DNA from: Escherichia coli 042
Lineage (GTDB): Bacteria > Pseudomonadota > Gammaproteobacteria > Enterobacterales > Enterobacteriaceae
Strand: one strand, 5' to 3'
Length of the DNA: 64,000 nt
Assembly: GCF_000027125.1 (NCBI RefSeq)
Contig: NC_017626.1
The number at the start of each line of letters is the position of its first letter. The stretch's first letter is position 1. This document shows, piece by piece, positions 17,586-32,235 of this stretch. The notes beneath the pieces were generated by a model. That model did not search any database, had not been told where the DNA came from, and saw nothing but the letters and a program-made list of their open reading frames with translations. A program made the translations under genes and the position numbers.

Positions 17586-17774
17586 TTAATGAACTGCCTT
17601 GCAGCTATCCTTCCAGGCCAGAACCTCGGATAAAGACCAGCCAACGGAACGACCGCCAAGTTTACGACGTGATGGGAATTGTCCGGCCTTTTCCAGGCGG
17701 TAGCGACACGTACGGCTAAGGCCGGTTAGTTTTTCGCATTCTTTTTCACGTATAAACCGATCAGTGCTTAACAC
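17586..17774 (-). CDS. alpA: AlpA-family phage transcriptional regulator / excisionase-like
   Basis: 62 aa; LTGLSRTCRYRLEKAGQFPSRRKLGGRSVGWSLSEVLAW matches AlpA HTH pattern. Confidence 0.8.
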   Translation of the reverse strand: MLSTDRFIREKECEKLTGLSRTCRYRLEKAGQFPSRRKLGGRSVGWSLSEVLAWKDSCKAVH

Positions 17775-18140
17775 TATTGCCCCCCCTTTCGTTTCTTAAA
17801 GAGTCATCAGGTGTCTTATTGTGTCGTATTGTTCCCGCTAGAGTGATGAATGGCAAATATTGAGGATGTATGATTTACAGAAAATGAAACAGTAAGAATA
17901 AAATCTTTTAAATTCATGTTAATACAAAGGCATAAAATATTGTTTCATGCCTTTTTTCTCGCTCTTTAAAGAGTGATTCGCTAGTGTATAAAAAACCAGT
18001 GACACATTAAAAATCAGCCACTTATAAATCTGTATGCTTTTTCGCCTCTTGTTCGTGGTTGTTCCACATTGTTGCTCATTGTTGCACGTTGTATCTGTTC
18101 GCATATACAGTATGCGCATACTGAAAAAACACGAAAAAAA

Positions 18141-19370
18141 TTATTTTCTTCTGGCTACTGGTAGCGTGGTTACGTTTTCATGTGTTCCCGCCAGTATCCC
18201 TAACCGCTCCGTCCACATATCCAGCGCATTGCGTTTAGCATCCAGATAACGGGAATGATTATAAACTCGCTGCATTCCTGGCATCTGGTGGCCTGTAAGC
18301 TGCTCCACGACATGCGGATCAACGCCTAAATCGTTCAGCATGGTTGTAAAGGTGCGCCGGATGTCATGCAGTGACCAGTGAGGATGATTAAGCCTCCTGT
18401 GCGCTAATCTTCCATACTGCGATACGCTGGCCTCCTGTTTCACTTCCCCCAGCAATAAGCCCGTGTGCCTGTTCTGCTCCACCAGCTGCGTGACGAACGG
18501 CAGGATCGCTTCCGGTATGGGCCGGAATATTGCGACCTTCGTTTTGCTGTGCTCCTTCGGAACGGTCCATAGCATTTCCGTAAAATCCCACTCCCCGATC
18601 TCCGATAACCTCAGTTCTACCGTTCTGGCTCCGAAGACAATCAGGAGGCGGATTAACGCGACGTAGTAAGGGGAGAATATTTTTTTGTCCAGTGCCTGCA
18701 ATAATTCGCCAAGTTCTTTGTTACTTAAGACACGTTCGCTTATATCCGGTTTTTTCCCAACGTCCGCCACGTTCAGATCGTCCAGAACGTTGCTGATTGC
18801 ATAGCGCCGCCTACGGCAGAACTTAAGCGCCTGTTTGCACGCCTGTAGCACGAATCCGGCAGTAACAGGCGTTCGCTTTGCCACCTGGTCAAAACAGGCC
18901 AGCCAGTGCCGTAGCTCGCATTTATCCAGCGGCATAGCACCAATCTGCTGTATTACGTGATTATTAAGTCGCCTTTTCAGGGCGATATAATCCACGCGGT
19001 TTTCCTTTACGTAATACTCAAGCCAGTAGGTGAGCGCATCGCCAACCGTTACCGGCTTTAACGCTTCCTGTACGGTGTAATTAAGCTCATGACGTGGATT
19101 TTTCCCCTCTGCCAGCCATGCGCGACACTGGGCGGCTTTTTCCCTGGCTGATTTCAGGCTCAGATCAGGATAACTTCCCAGCTTAATGCGTTCGGGTCGT
19201 GTCTCCCTTCCCGTTCCGGCCCTGTATGTGAAATACCAGGTCAATTTCCCTGATGTTAAATATTTCACGCTCAGGTTTCCGCCATCACTATAAAACGTGT
19301 TTTTCTCCGCTGGCTTACCATGAAGTTTCCTTAGCAAGGTATCGCTCAGTTTGTTCATTGCTCTGCTCAC
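18141..19370 (-). CDS. int: tyrosine site-specific integrase (P4-like, N-terminal arm-binding domain)
   Basis: 409 aa; C-terminal HDIRRT...GHQ...VYNHSRY catalytic motifs; adjacent to attR. Confidence 0.9.
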   Translation of the reverse strand: MSRAMNKLSDTLLRKLHGKPAEKNTFYSDGGNLSVKYLTSGKLTWYFTYRAGTGRETRPERIKLGSYPDLSLKSAREKAAQCRAWLAEGKNPRHELNYTVQEALKPVTVGDALTYWLEYYVKENRVDYIALKRRLNNHVIQQIGAMPLDKCELRHWLACFDQVAKRTPVTAGFVLQACKQALKFCRRRRYAISNVLDDLNVADVGKKPDISERVLSNKELGELLQALDKKIFSPYYVALIRLLIVFGARTVELRLSEIGEWDFTEMLWTVPKEHSKTKVAIFRPIPEAILPFVTQLVEQNRHTGLLLGEVKQEASVSQYGRLAHRRLNHPHWSLHDIRRTFTTMLNDLGVDPHVVEQLTGHQMPGMQRVYNHSRYLDAKRNALDMWTERLGILAGTHENVTTLPVARRK

Positions 19371-19390
19371 GTTTTACCCCCTCTTTACGA

Positions 19391-19460
19391 AAAAGTGACT
19401 ACACCAGTGACTACACCGATCGTTGCACAAAGGGCTACAACGTGAAACAAGCTGGAACAA
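19391..19460. promoter_or_regulatory. arm-type repeat block (GACTACACC x2) between int start and attR
   Basis: gtGACTACACCagtGACTACACCg at 19397..19417, homologous to 8592..8650. Confidence 0.5.
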
Positions 19461-19545
19461 GGAAAATCACAAATCTGTTGATAATCAAAAACATAATGCA
19501 CAGCCTGAAACATTATGAAACAGCAAAAAACACCAAATGATAAAA

Positions 19546-19554
19546 TGCTGTTAT
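19546..19554. repeat. attR core (TGCTGTTAT)
   Basis: Identical to 8512..8520; in-frame stops TGA TAA immediately upstream. Confidence 0.7.
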
Positions 19555-20452
19555 TCTTAACCCGCTGGTGCAACACATGGTCCGCTGGCGAGTGCCGCGT
19601 GTACTGGCGGTGTCGATTTTGATGACCATCATCGTGATGGCGATGGTGTTGCTGTTAGCTTATCTGGGTTCCGCGCTCAACGAGTTGACGCGGACGTTAC
19701 CGCAATATCGCAACTCTATTATGACGCCGCTGCAAGCGATTGAACCGTTGTTGCAACGCGTAGGGATTGATGTCTCAGTTGACCAACTGGCGCATTACAT
19801 TGATCCGAACGCGGCGATGACGTTGCTCACCAACTTATTGACGCAGTTATCTAATGCCATGTCATCAATATTTTTATTGCTGCTGACGGTGCTGTTTATG
19901 CTGCTCGAAGTGCCACAATTGCCCGGAAAATTTCAGCAAATGATGGCGCGTCCGGTTGAAGGGATGGCGGCGATTCAGCGTGCGATTGACAGTGTTTCTC
20001 ATTATCTGGTGCTGAAAACAGCCATCAGCATCATCACCGGCCTGGTCGCCTGGGCGATGCTCGCCGCACTCGATGTTCGCTTCGCTTTTGTCTGGGGATT
20101 GCTGGCCTTTGCGCTTAATTACATCCCTAATATTGGTTCAGTTCTCGCAGCAATTCCCCCTATCGCTCAGGTACTGGTGTTTAATGGCTTCTACGAAGCG
20201 TTGTTGGTGCTGGCGGGATATCTGCTGATTAATCTGGTCTTCGGCAATATTCTGGAGCCGCGCATCATGGGACGTGGGCTGGGGCTTTCGACATTGGTGG
20301 TATTTTTGTCGTTGATTTTTTGGGGATGGTTGTTAGGACCGGTGGGTATGCTGCTTTCCGTGCCGTTGACAATTATTGTCAAAATTGCGCTTGAACAAAC
20401 AGCGGGAGGTCAAAGCATCGCCGTTCTGTTAAGCGATCTCAATAAAGAGTGA
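19546..20452 (+). pseudogene. tqsA: tqsA 3' portion (codons 44–344), separated from its start and promoter by the island
   Basis: In-frame continuation [14 protein letters not shown]...; track ORF 19568..20452 begins at an internal GTG. Confidence 0.8.
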
Positions 20453-20476
20453 CGGCCTCCGCAGAGGCCGTCAGGG

Positions 20477-21868
<1,392 letters not shown>

Positions 21869-21875
21869 TTACCCC

Positions 21876-23471
<1,596 letters not shown>

Positions 23472-23931
23472 TCATGTACGAGCTAAATGTTACTCCGTTA
23501 AAATAAATTAGTAACAAACGCCCTATAACGTACTGAAAATTATGCCTGTGATCTAGCGCCAAAAATCAGTATTTCGGCGTGAACTCGCAAAATATTAACG
23601 ATTCAGCCGTGATAGTGGGATAAACACCTTAGAACGCCGGATAAAGACTGATAATTGTCTTCGACGGTCGGGTAAAACGTGATATCACCCCGGCACGAAT
23701 CACTACTTAACATTAAATTAACTTATACAATTCAGTTGCTTCAGTAGTATTGATGCTGATACGGCTGTTTTTTAAGCATAGACGGTCATTTGAGCAGGAT
23801 TAAAATTGGCTTAAGGAATGTGATATGAAAAATGACGCAGACAGTTACACCGTTTAAATGCAATAATCAGCCACGTTTCTCGTTAATAACAATACCAGTA
23901 CCTGGTTTGCGCAAGGCGAAGGATTATTTTT

Positions 23932-24876
23932 ATGAAGCTTAAGAACACCCTCCTGGCGTCGGCACTGCTTTCTGCTACGGCATTCTCCGTTAACGCAGCA
24001 ACAGAACTGACACCGGAGCAAGCGGCAGCGGTTAAACCTTTTGACCGTGTAGTGGTTACCGGTCGTTTTAATGCTATTGGCGAAGCGGTGAAAGCCGTTT
24101 CTCGTCGCGCAGATAAAGAAGGTGCCGCCTCTTTTTATGTTGTCGACACTTCTGATTTTGGTAACAGCGGTAACTGGCGTGTGGTCGCTGACCTCTATAA
24201 AGCCGATGCTGAAAAAGCAGAAACTGAAAAGAATCGTGTCTTCAACGGGGTAATTGAACTGCCTAAAGACCAGGCTGTTTTGATCGAACCGTATGACACA
24301 GTTACCGTCCAGGGCTTCTTCCGCAGCCAACCGGAAGTGAACGATGCCATCACCAAAGCGGCAAAAGCGAAAGGTGCCTACTCTTACTACATCGTTCGTC
24401 AAATCGATGCCAACCAGGGCGGCAACCAGCGTATTACTGCATTCATCTATAAAAAAGATGCAAAGAAACGTATCGTCCAGAGCCCGGATGTAATCCCGGC
24501 AGATTCCGAAGCAGGACGTGCAGCTCTGGCTGCCGGTGGCGAAGCCGCGAAGAAAGTTGAGATTCCGGGTGTTGCGACTACCGCATCACCAAGCTCTGAA
24601 GTCGGTCGCTTCTTTGAAACCCAGTCATCAAAAGGCGGGCGTTACACCGTCACGCTCCCGGATGGCACTAAAGTCGAAGAACTGAACAAAGCGACCGCAG
24701 CGATGATGGTCCCGTTCGACAGCATCAAATTCTCTGGCAACTACGGCAACATGACTGAAGTCTCCTATCAGGTTGCGAAACGTGCCGCGAAGAAAGGTGC
24801 TAAGTATTACCACATCACCCGCCAGTGGCAGGAACGTGGTAATAACCTGACCGTCAGCGCAGATCTGTATAAATAA
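23932..24876 (+). CDS. ydgH: periplasmic DUF1471-repeat protein
   Basis: 314 aa with signal peptide; K-12 synteny. Confidence 0.88.
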   Translation: MKLKNTLLASALLSATAFSVNAATELTPEQAAAVKPFDRVVVTGRFNAIGEAVKAVSRRADKEGAASFYVVDTSDFGNSGNWRVVADLYKADAEKAETEKNRVFNGVIELPKDQAVLIEPYDTVTVQGFFRSQPEVNDAITKAAKAKGAYSYYIVRQIDANQGGNQRITAFIYKKDAKKRIVQSPDVIPADSEAGRAALAAGGEAAKKVEIPGVATTASPSSEVGRFFETQSSKGGRYTVTLPDGTKVEELNKATAAMMVPFDSIKFSGNYGNMTEVSYQVAKRAAKKGAKYYHITRQWQERGNNLTVSADLYK

Positions 24877-25061
24877 CTATTCAGTTACTCCTATAAGGCG
24901 GCTTGATGCCGCCTTTCGCATTTTTAGTCACAAATTTCCCCGCGACCATTGCATGCAGACACATCTCTTCGTAAAATCCCGCGCTTCAGTGGCAAACTCC
25001 ATTTTTATGCGTTTTGCCCTAATATTTATTCTTCTTATCACGTTTTAATCACTGGATATCG

Positions 25062-26444
25062 ATGGAAAAGAAACTGGGACTGAGCGCACTCACCGCGCTG
25101 GTATTAAGCTCAATGCTGGGCGCGGGTGTTTTCAGTCTGCCGCAAAATATGGCGGCAGTTGCCAGCCCGGCAGCACTGCTCATCGGCTGGGGCATTACTG
25201 GCGCTGGCATTTTATTGCTGGCCTTTGCCATGCTGATCCTCACGCGCATTCGTCCCGAACTTGACGGCGGTATCTTTACCTATGCCCGCGAAGGGTTTGG
25301 CGAGCTAATCGGCTTTTGTTCCGCATGGGGATACTGGCTGTGCGCAGTCATCGCCAACGTCTCCTATCTGGTGATCGTTTTTTCCGCGTTAAGCTTTTTT
25401 ACGGACACGCCGGAATTGCGCCTGTTTGGCGATGGTAATACCTGGCAATCGATCCTCGGTGCATCGGCTTTATTGTGGATTGTTCACTTTTTGATCCTGC
25501 GCGGAGTGCAAACCGCTGCCAGCATTAACCTGGTGGCGACACTGGCAAAATTGTTGCCGCTGGGTCTGTTTGTTGTGCTGGCGATGATGATGTTCAAACT
25601 GGATACCTTCAAGCTCGACTTCACCGGACTTGCACTTGGCGTACCCGTTTGGGAACAGGTGAAAAACACCATGCTGATCACCCTGTGGGTTTTCATTGGT
25701 GTGGAAGGTGCCGTGGTTGTTTCTGCGCGTGCGCGTAATAAACGTGATGTTGGCAAAGCGACACTGCTGGCGGTTCTCTCCGCTCTGGGCGTTTACTTGC
25801 TGGTAACGCTGCTTTCGCTGGGCGTGGTGGCACGTCCTGAACTGGCTGAAATTCGTAACCCGTCAATGGCCGGTCTGATGGTGGAAATGATGGGACCGTG
25901 GGGCGAAATCATCATCGCTGCCGGTTTGATCGTTTCCGTTTGCGGCGCGTACTTAAGCTGGACCATCATGGCGGCAGAAGTTCCGTTCCTGGCTGCCACT
26001 CATAAAGCATTCCCACGCATTTTTGCGCGCCAGAACGCACAAGCTGCGCCATCCGCCTCACTGTGGTTGACCAACATCTGCGTGCAAATTTGTCTGGTAC
26101 TCATCTGGCTGACCGGTTCCGATTACAACACGTTGCTGACCATCGCCTCAGAAATGATTCTGGTGCCCTATTTCCTGGTCGGCGCGTTCTTGCTGAAAAT
26201 CGCAACCCGTCCACTGCATAAAGCGGTAGGTGTCGGTGCCTGCATTTATGGCTTATGGTTATTGTACGCCTCTGGTCCAATGCACTTGCTGTTATCCGTT
26301 GTTCTGTATGCGCCGGGGCTGCTGGTTTTCCTGTATGCGCGTAAAACGCATATACATGATAACGTACTGAACCGTCAGGAAATGGTGCTAATTGGCATGC
26401 TGTTAATTGCCTCAGTTCCGGCGACCTGGATGCTGGTGGGATAA
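25062..26444 (+). CDS. ydgI: APC-family amino acid antiporter (arginine/ornithine-type)
   Basis: 460 aa polytopic transporter; K-12 synteny. Confidence 0.88.
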   Translation: MEKKLGLSALTALVLSSMLGAGVFSLPQNMAAVASPAALLIGWGITGAGILLLAFAMLILTRIRPELDGGIFTYAREGFGELIGFCSAWGYWLCAVIANVSYLVIVFSALSFFTDTPELRLFGDGNTWQSILGASALLWIVHFLILRGVQTAASINLVATLAKLLPLGLFVVLAMMMFKLDTFKLDFTGLALGVPVWEQVKNTMLITLWVFIGVEGAVVVSARARNKRDVGKATLLAVLSALGVYLLVTLLSLGVVARPELAEIRNPSMAGLMVEMMGPWGEIIIAAGLIVSVCGAYLSWTIMAAEVPFLAATHKAFPRIFARQNAQAAPSASLWLTNICVQICLVLIWLTGSDYNTLLTIASEMILVPYFLVGAFLLKIATRPLHKAVGVGACIYGLWLLYASGPMHLLLSVVLYAPGLLVFLYARKTHIHDNVLNRQEMVLIGMLLIASVPATWMLVG

Positions 26445-26480
26445 CGTTCATCCCATCGTTGGATAGCAAAGGAGATAACG

Positions 26481-27203
26481 ATGGGTAAAGCCCAGCCCTT
26501 GCCAATATTAATTACTGGCGGAGGTCGTCGCATCGGCCTCGCACTCGCCTGGCATTTCATTAATCAAAAGCAACCGGTGATTGTCAGCTATCGGACGCAC
26601 TATCCAGCCATTGATGGACTGATTAAGGCAGGTGCGCAGTGTATTCAAGCTGATTTTTCGACCAACGACGGTGTGATGGCGTTTGCCGATGAAGTACTAA
26701 AAAGTACCCATGGTCTGCGTGCTATTTTGCATAACGCCAGCGCGTGGATGGCGGAAAAACCGGGTGCGCCACTGTCCGACGTGCTGGCTTGCATGATGCA
26801 GATCCACGTTAATACCCCATACCTGCTCAACCATGCGCTAGAAAGATTACTGCGTGGGCACGGACACGCCGCCAGCGATATCATTCACTTTACCGATTAT
26901 GTGGTGGAGCGCGGTAGCGACAAACATATTGCCTATGCTGCAAGCAAAGCGGCACTGGATAATATGACCCGCTCGTTTGCCCGCAAGCTGGCACCGGAAG
27001 TGAAAGTGAATTCTATTGCGCCATCGCTGATCCTGTTTAATGAACATGATGATGCCGAATATCGACAACAGGCGCTGAATAAATCACTGATGAAAACCGC
27101 GCCTGGCGAGAAAGAAGTGATCGACCTGGTCGATTACTTACTTACCAGCTGCTTTGTCACCGGACGCAGTTTCCCTCTTGATGGCGGTCGTCATCTGCGT
27201 TAA
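26481..27203 (+). CDS. folM: dihydromonapterin / dihydrofolate reductase (SDR family)
   Basis: 240 aa; TGGGRRIG NAD(P) motif. Confidence 0.9.
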   Translation: MGKAQPLPILITGGGRRIGLALAWHFINQKQPVIVSYRTHYPAIDGLIKAGAQCIQADFSTNDGVMAFADEVLKSTHGLRAILHNASAWMAEKPGAPLSDVLACMMQIHVNTPYLLNHALERLLRGHGHAASDIIHFTDYVVERGSDKHIAYAASKAALDNMTRSFARKLAPEVKVNSIAPSLILFNEHDDAEYRQQALNKSLMKTAPGEKEVIDLVDYLLTSCFVTGRSFPLDGGRHLR

Positions 27204-27535
27204 TGCAGCTTAATCCAGCATATAATCAACACCCATACGCTTATCCCCCAGCATGCAACAGAACCAACAAAAGCGGCGGGCAAGCGCATCATTCCGGTGA
27301 AATACCACAGCGACGCCAGGTAAACAAAATAGGGAATAATCGACCACATGCTAAAAATGATGGTTGCGCGTAAGGCTTCAATGCCGCGTTCGCTGGCAAC
27401 AATATAATGCGCGATGAGCGCAAAGGTCGGGAAAAGTGGGATCAGCCCGGCGATATAATAATTTTTCGTTTTTGCTAAAACACCAATCAACAGCACTACC
27501 AGCGCACCGAGCGCGGCTTTGATTACCAGCCCCAT
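27200..27535 (-). CDS. ydgC: GlpM-family inner membrane protein
   Basis: 111 aa; K-12 synteny. Confidence 0.85.
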   Translation of the reverse strand: MGLVIKAALGALVVLLIGVLAKTKNYYIAGLIPLFPTFALIAHYIVASERGIEALRATIIFSMWSIIPYFVYLASLWYFTGMMRLPAAFVGSVACWGISVWVLIICWIKLH

Positions 27536-27663
27536 CTTTTTACCTTAACACTTCCATAACAAGTCATCAGTAGAATACCTGATGAAACCTTGTTTAGAAA
27601 CGATTGATAGTAAGTAAAAACAGCGCGGTGTATTGTGACGTTTTTATATCTACCGTGAATAAT

Positions 27664-28383
27664 ATGAACACTATCGTATTTGTGGAAGATGATGCGGAAG
27701 TCGGTTCACTGATTGCTGCGTACCTGGCAAAACATGATATGCAGGTTAACGTAGAGCCGCGCGGCGACCAGGCCGAAGAAACTATTCTGCGAGAAAATCC
27801 GGATTTGGTGTTACTCGACATCATGCTACCAGGCAAGGATGGCATGACCATTTGTCGTGATTTACGCGCAAAGTGGTCCGGACCGATTGTTCTTCTAACC
27901 TCTCTCGATAGCGATATGAACCACATCCTGGCACTGGAAATGGGTGCCTGCGACTATATTCTCAAAACGACACCCCCTGCTGTATTGTTAGCGCGCTTAC
28001 GTTTGCATTTGCGTCAAAATGAGCAAGCCACACTGAGCAAAGGTCTTCAGGAAACGTCTCTGACGCCCTACAAAGCCCTGCATTTCGGCACGTTGACCAT
28101 CGATCCCATCAACCGCGTAGTCACCCTCGCTAACACTGAAATCTCGCTCTCGACAGCTGATTTCGAATTATTGTGGGAATTAGCTACCCATGCTGGGCAA
28201 ATTATGGACCGCGATGCATTGCTGAAAAATTTACGCGGCGTCAGTTATGACGGACTGGATCGTAGCGTGGACGTGGCTATTTCGCGGTTAAGAAAAAAAC
28301 TGCTCGATAACGCCGCAGAACCTTATCGCATTAAAACTGTGCGTAACAAAGGCTATCTTTTTGCGCCTCATGCATGGGAATAA
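27664..28383 (+). CDS. rstA: two-component response regulator (OmpR family)
   Basis: ORF 27604..28383; K-12 RstA starts MNTIVFVEDD. Confidence 0.92.
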   Translation: MNTIVFVEDDAEVGSLIAAYLAKHDMQVNVEPRGDQAEETILRENPDLVLLDIMLPGKDGMTICRDLRAKWSGPIVLLTSLDSDMNHILALEMGACDYILKTTPPAVLLARLRLHLRQNEQATLSKGLQETSLTPYKALHFGTLTIDPINRVVTLANTEISLSTADFELLWELATHAGQIMDRDALLKNLRGVSYDGLDRSVDVAISRLRKKLLDNAAEPYRIKTVRNKGYLFAPHAWE

Positions 28384-28386
28384 GCG

Positions 28387-29688
28387 ATGAAAAAACTGTT
28401 TATCCAGTTTTACCTGTTATTGTTTGTCTGCTTCCTTGTGATGTCTCTGCTGGTTGGGCTGGTGTACAAATTTACCGCCGAACGCGCGGGCAAACAGTCG
28501 CTGGATGATTTGATGAACAGTTCGCTGTATCTGATGCGCAGCGAATTGCGTGAGATCCCCCCACACGACTGGGGTAAGACGCTGAAAGAGATGGATTTAA
28601 ATCTCTCTTTCGATCTGCGTGTCGAGCCACTGAGTAAATATCATCTTGATGATATTTCCATGCACCGGCTGCGTGGCGGCGAAATTGTCGCCCTGGACGA
28701 TCAGTACACGTTTTTGCAACGTATCCCGCGCAGCCACTACGTGCTGGCAGTTGGTCCTGTTCCTTATCTTTATTACCTCCATCAGATGCGATTACTGGAT
28801 ATCGCCCTGATCGCTTTTATTGCCATTTCCCTCGCCTTTCCGGTGTTTATCTGGATGCGTCCGCACTGGCAGGATATGTTAAAACTGGAAGCAGCGGCGC
28901 AACGATTTGGCGATGGGCATCTCAATGAGCGTATCCACTTTGATGAGGGTTCGAGCTTTGAACGACTTGGCGTCGCATTTAACCAGATGGCGGACAATAT
29001 CAACGCCTTGATTGCCAGCAAAAAACAGCTTATTGACGGTATCGCTCATGAACTGCGAACACCGTTAGTGCGCCTGCGTTATCGACTGGAGATGAGCGAT
29101 AACCTGAGCGCCGCCGAATCCCAGGCGTTGAATCGCGATATCAGTCAACTTGAAGCTTTAATTGAAGAGCTGCTGACTTATGCCCGACTCGATCGCCCAC
29201 AAAACGAGCTTCATCTTAGCGAACCAGACCTGCCGTTGTGGCTGTCAACGCATCTGGCAGACATTCAGGCAGTAACGCCCGATAAAACGGTACGGATTAA
29301 AACGCTCGCGCAAGGCCATTATGCGGCGTTGGATATGCGCTTAATGGAGCGCGTGCTGGATAATTTGCTCAATAACGCCCTGCGCTACTGTCACTCAACG
29401 GTTGAAACCAGCCTGCTACTGTCGGGGAATAGAGCGACATTAATTGTTGAGGATGATGGCCCAGGGATTGCCCCAGAAAACCGCGAACATATCTTTGAAC
29501 CTTTTGTTCGCCTCGATCCCAGCCGGGATCGCTCAACCGGCGGCTGCGGGCTGGGGCTGGCAATTGTCCACTCTATAGCACTGGCAATGGGCGGTACGGT
29601 TAATTGTGACACCAGCGAACTGGGTGGTGCTCGCTTCTCGTTTAGCTGGCCGTTATGGCATAACATCCCGCAATTTACCTCTGCCTGA
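28387..29688 (+). CDS. rstB: two-component sensor histidine kinase
   Basis: 433 aa; H-box IAHELRTPL; ATP-binding domain. Confidence 0.92.
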   Translation: MKKLFIQFYLLLFVCFLVMSLLVGLVYKFTAERAGKQSLDDLMNSSLYLMRSELREIPPHDWGKTLKEMDLNLSFDLRVEPLSKYHLDDISMHRLRGGEIVALDDQYTFLQRIPRSHYVLAVGPVPYLYYLHQMRLLDIALIAFIAISLAFPVFIWMRPHWQDMLKLEAAAQRFGDGHLNERIHFDEGSSFERLGVAFNQMADNINALIASKKQLIDGIAHELRTPLVRLRYRLEMSDNLSAAESQALNRDISQLEALIEELLTYARLDRPQNELHLSEPDLPLWLSTHLADIQAVTPDKTVRIKTLAQGHYAALDMRLMERVLDNLLNNALRYCHSTVETSLLLSGNRATLIVEDDGPGIAPENREHIFEPFVRLDPSRDRSTGGCGLGLAIVHSIALAMGGTVNCDTSELGGARFSFSWPLWHNIPQFTSA

Positions 29689-29730
29689 CACTACGCGCAC
29701 GATGGTCAAGTCACCACCATTGTGCTATAA

Positions 29731-32093
<2,363 letters not shown>

Positions 32094-32206
32094 GGCCTGC
32101 TCCTCACCTGATTAATTTTTTCTTTCTGTTTTGCTTTCGTTAAGCAACTTTTAGCTCACTCATTATTTACTATTTGATAACAAATGTTTGGTCTTTCGTG
32201 CCATGT

Positions 32207-32230
32207 AAAAAAACCGCCCCGAAGGGCGGC
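32207..32230 (-). terminator. rho-independent terminator after fumA
   Basis: Minus strand gccgcccttcggggcgg followed by T7. Confidence 0.7.
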
Positions 32231-32235
32231 TCTGT

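Larger units (their letters stand above)
8512..19554 (-). mobile_element. ~11 kb integrative phage-satellite / PICI-like island inserted in tqsA
   Basis: 9-bp direct repeat TGCTGTTAT at both junctions; integrase next to right junction; flanking tqsA halves reconstitute a 344-aa ORF; phage-type gene content. Confidence 0.85.
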
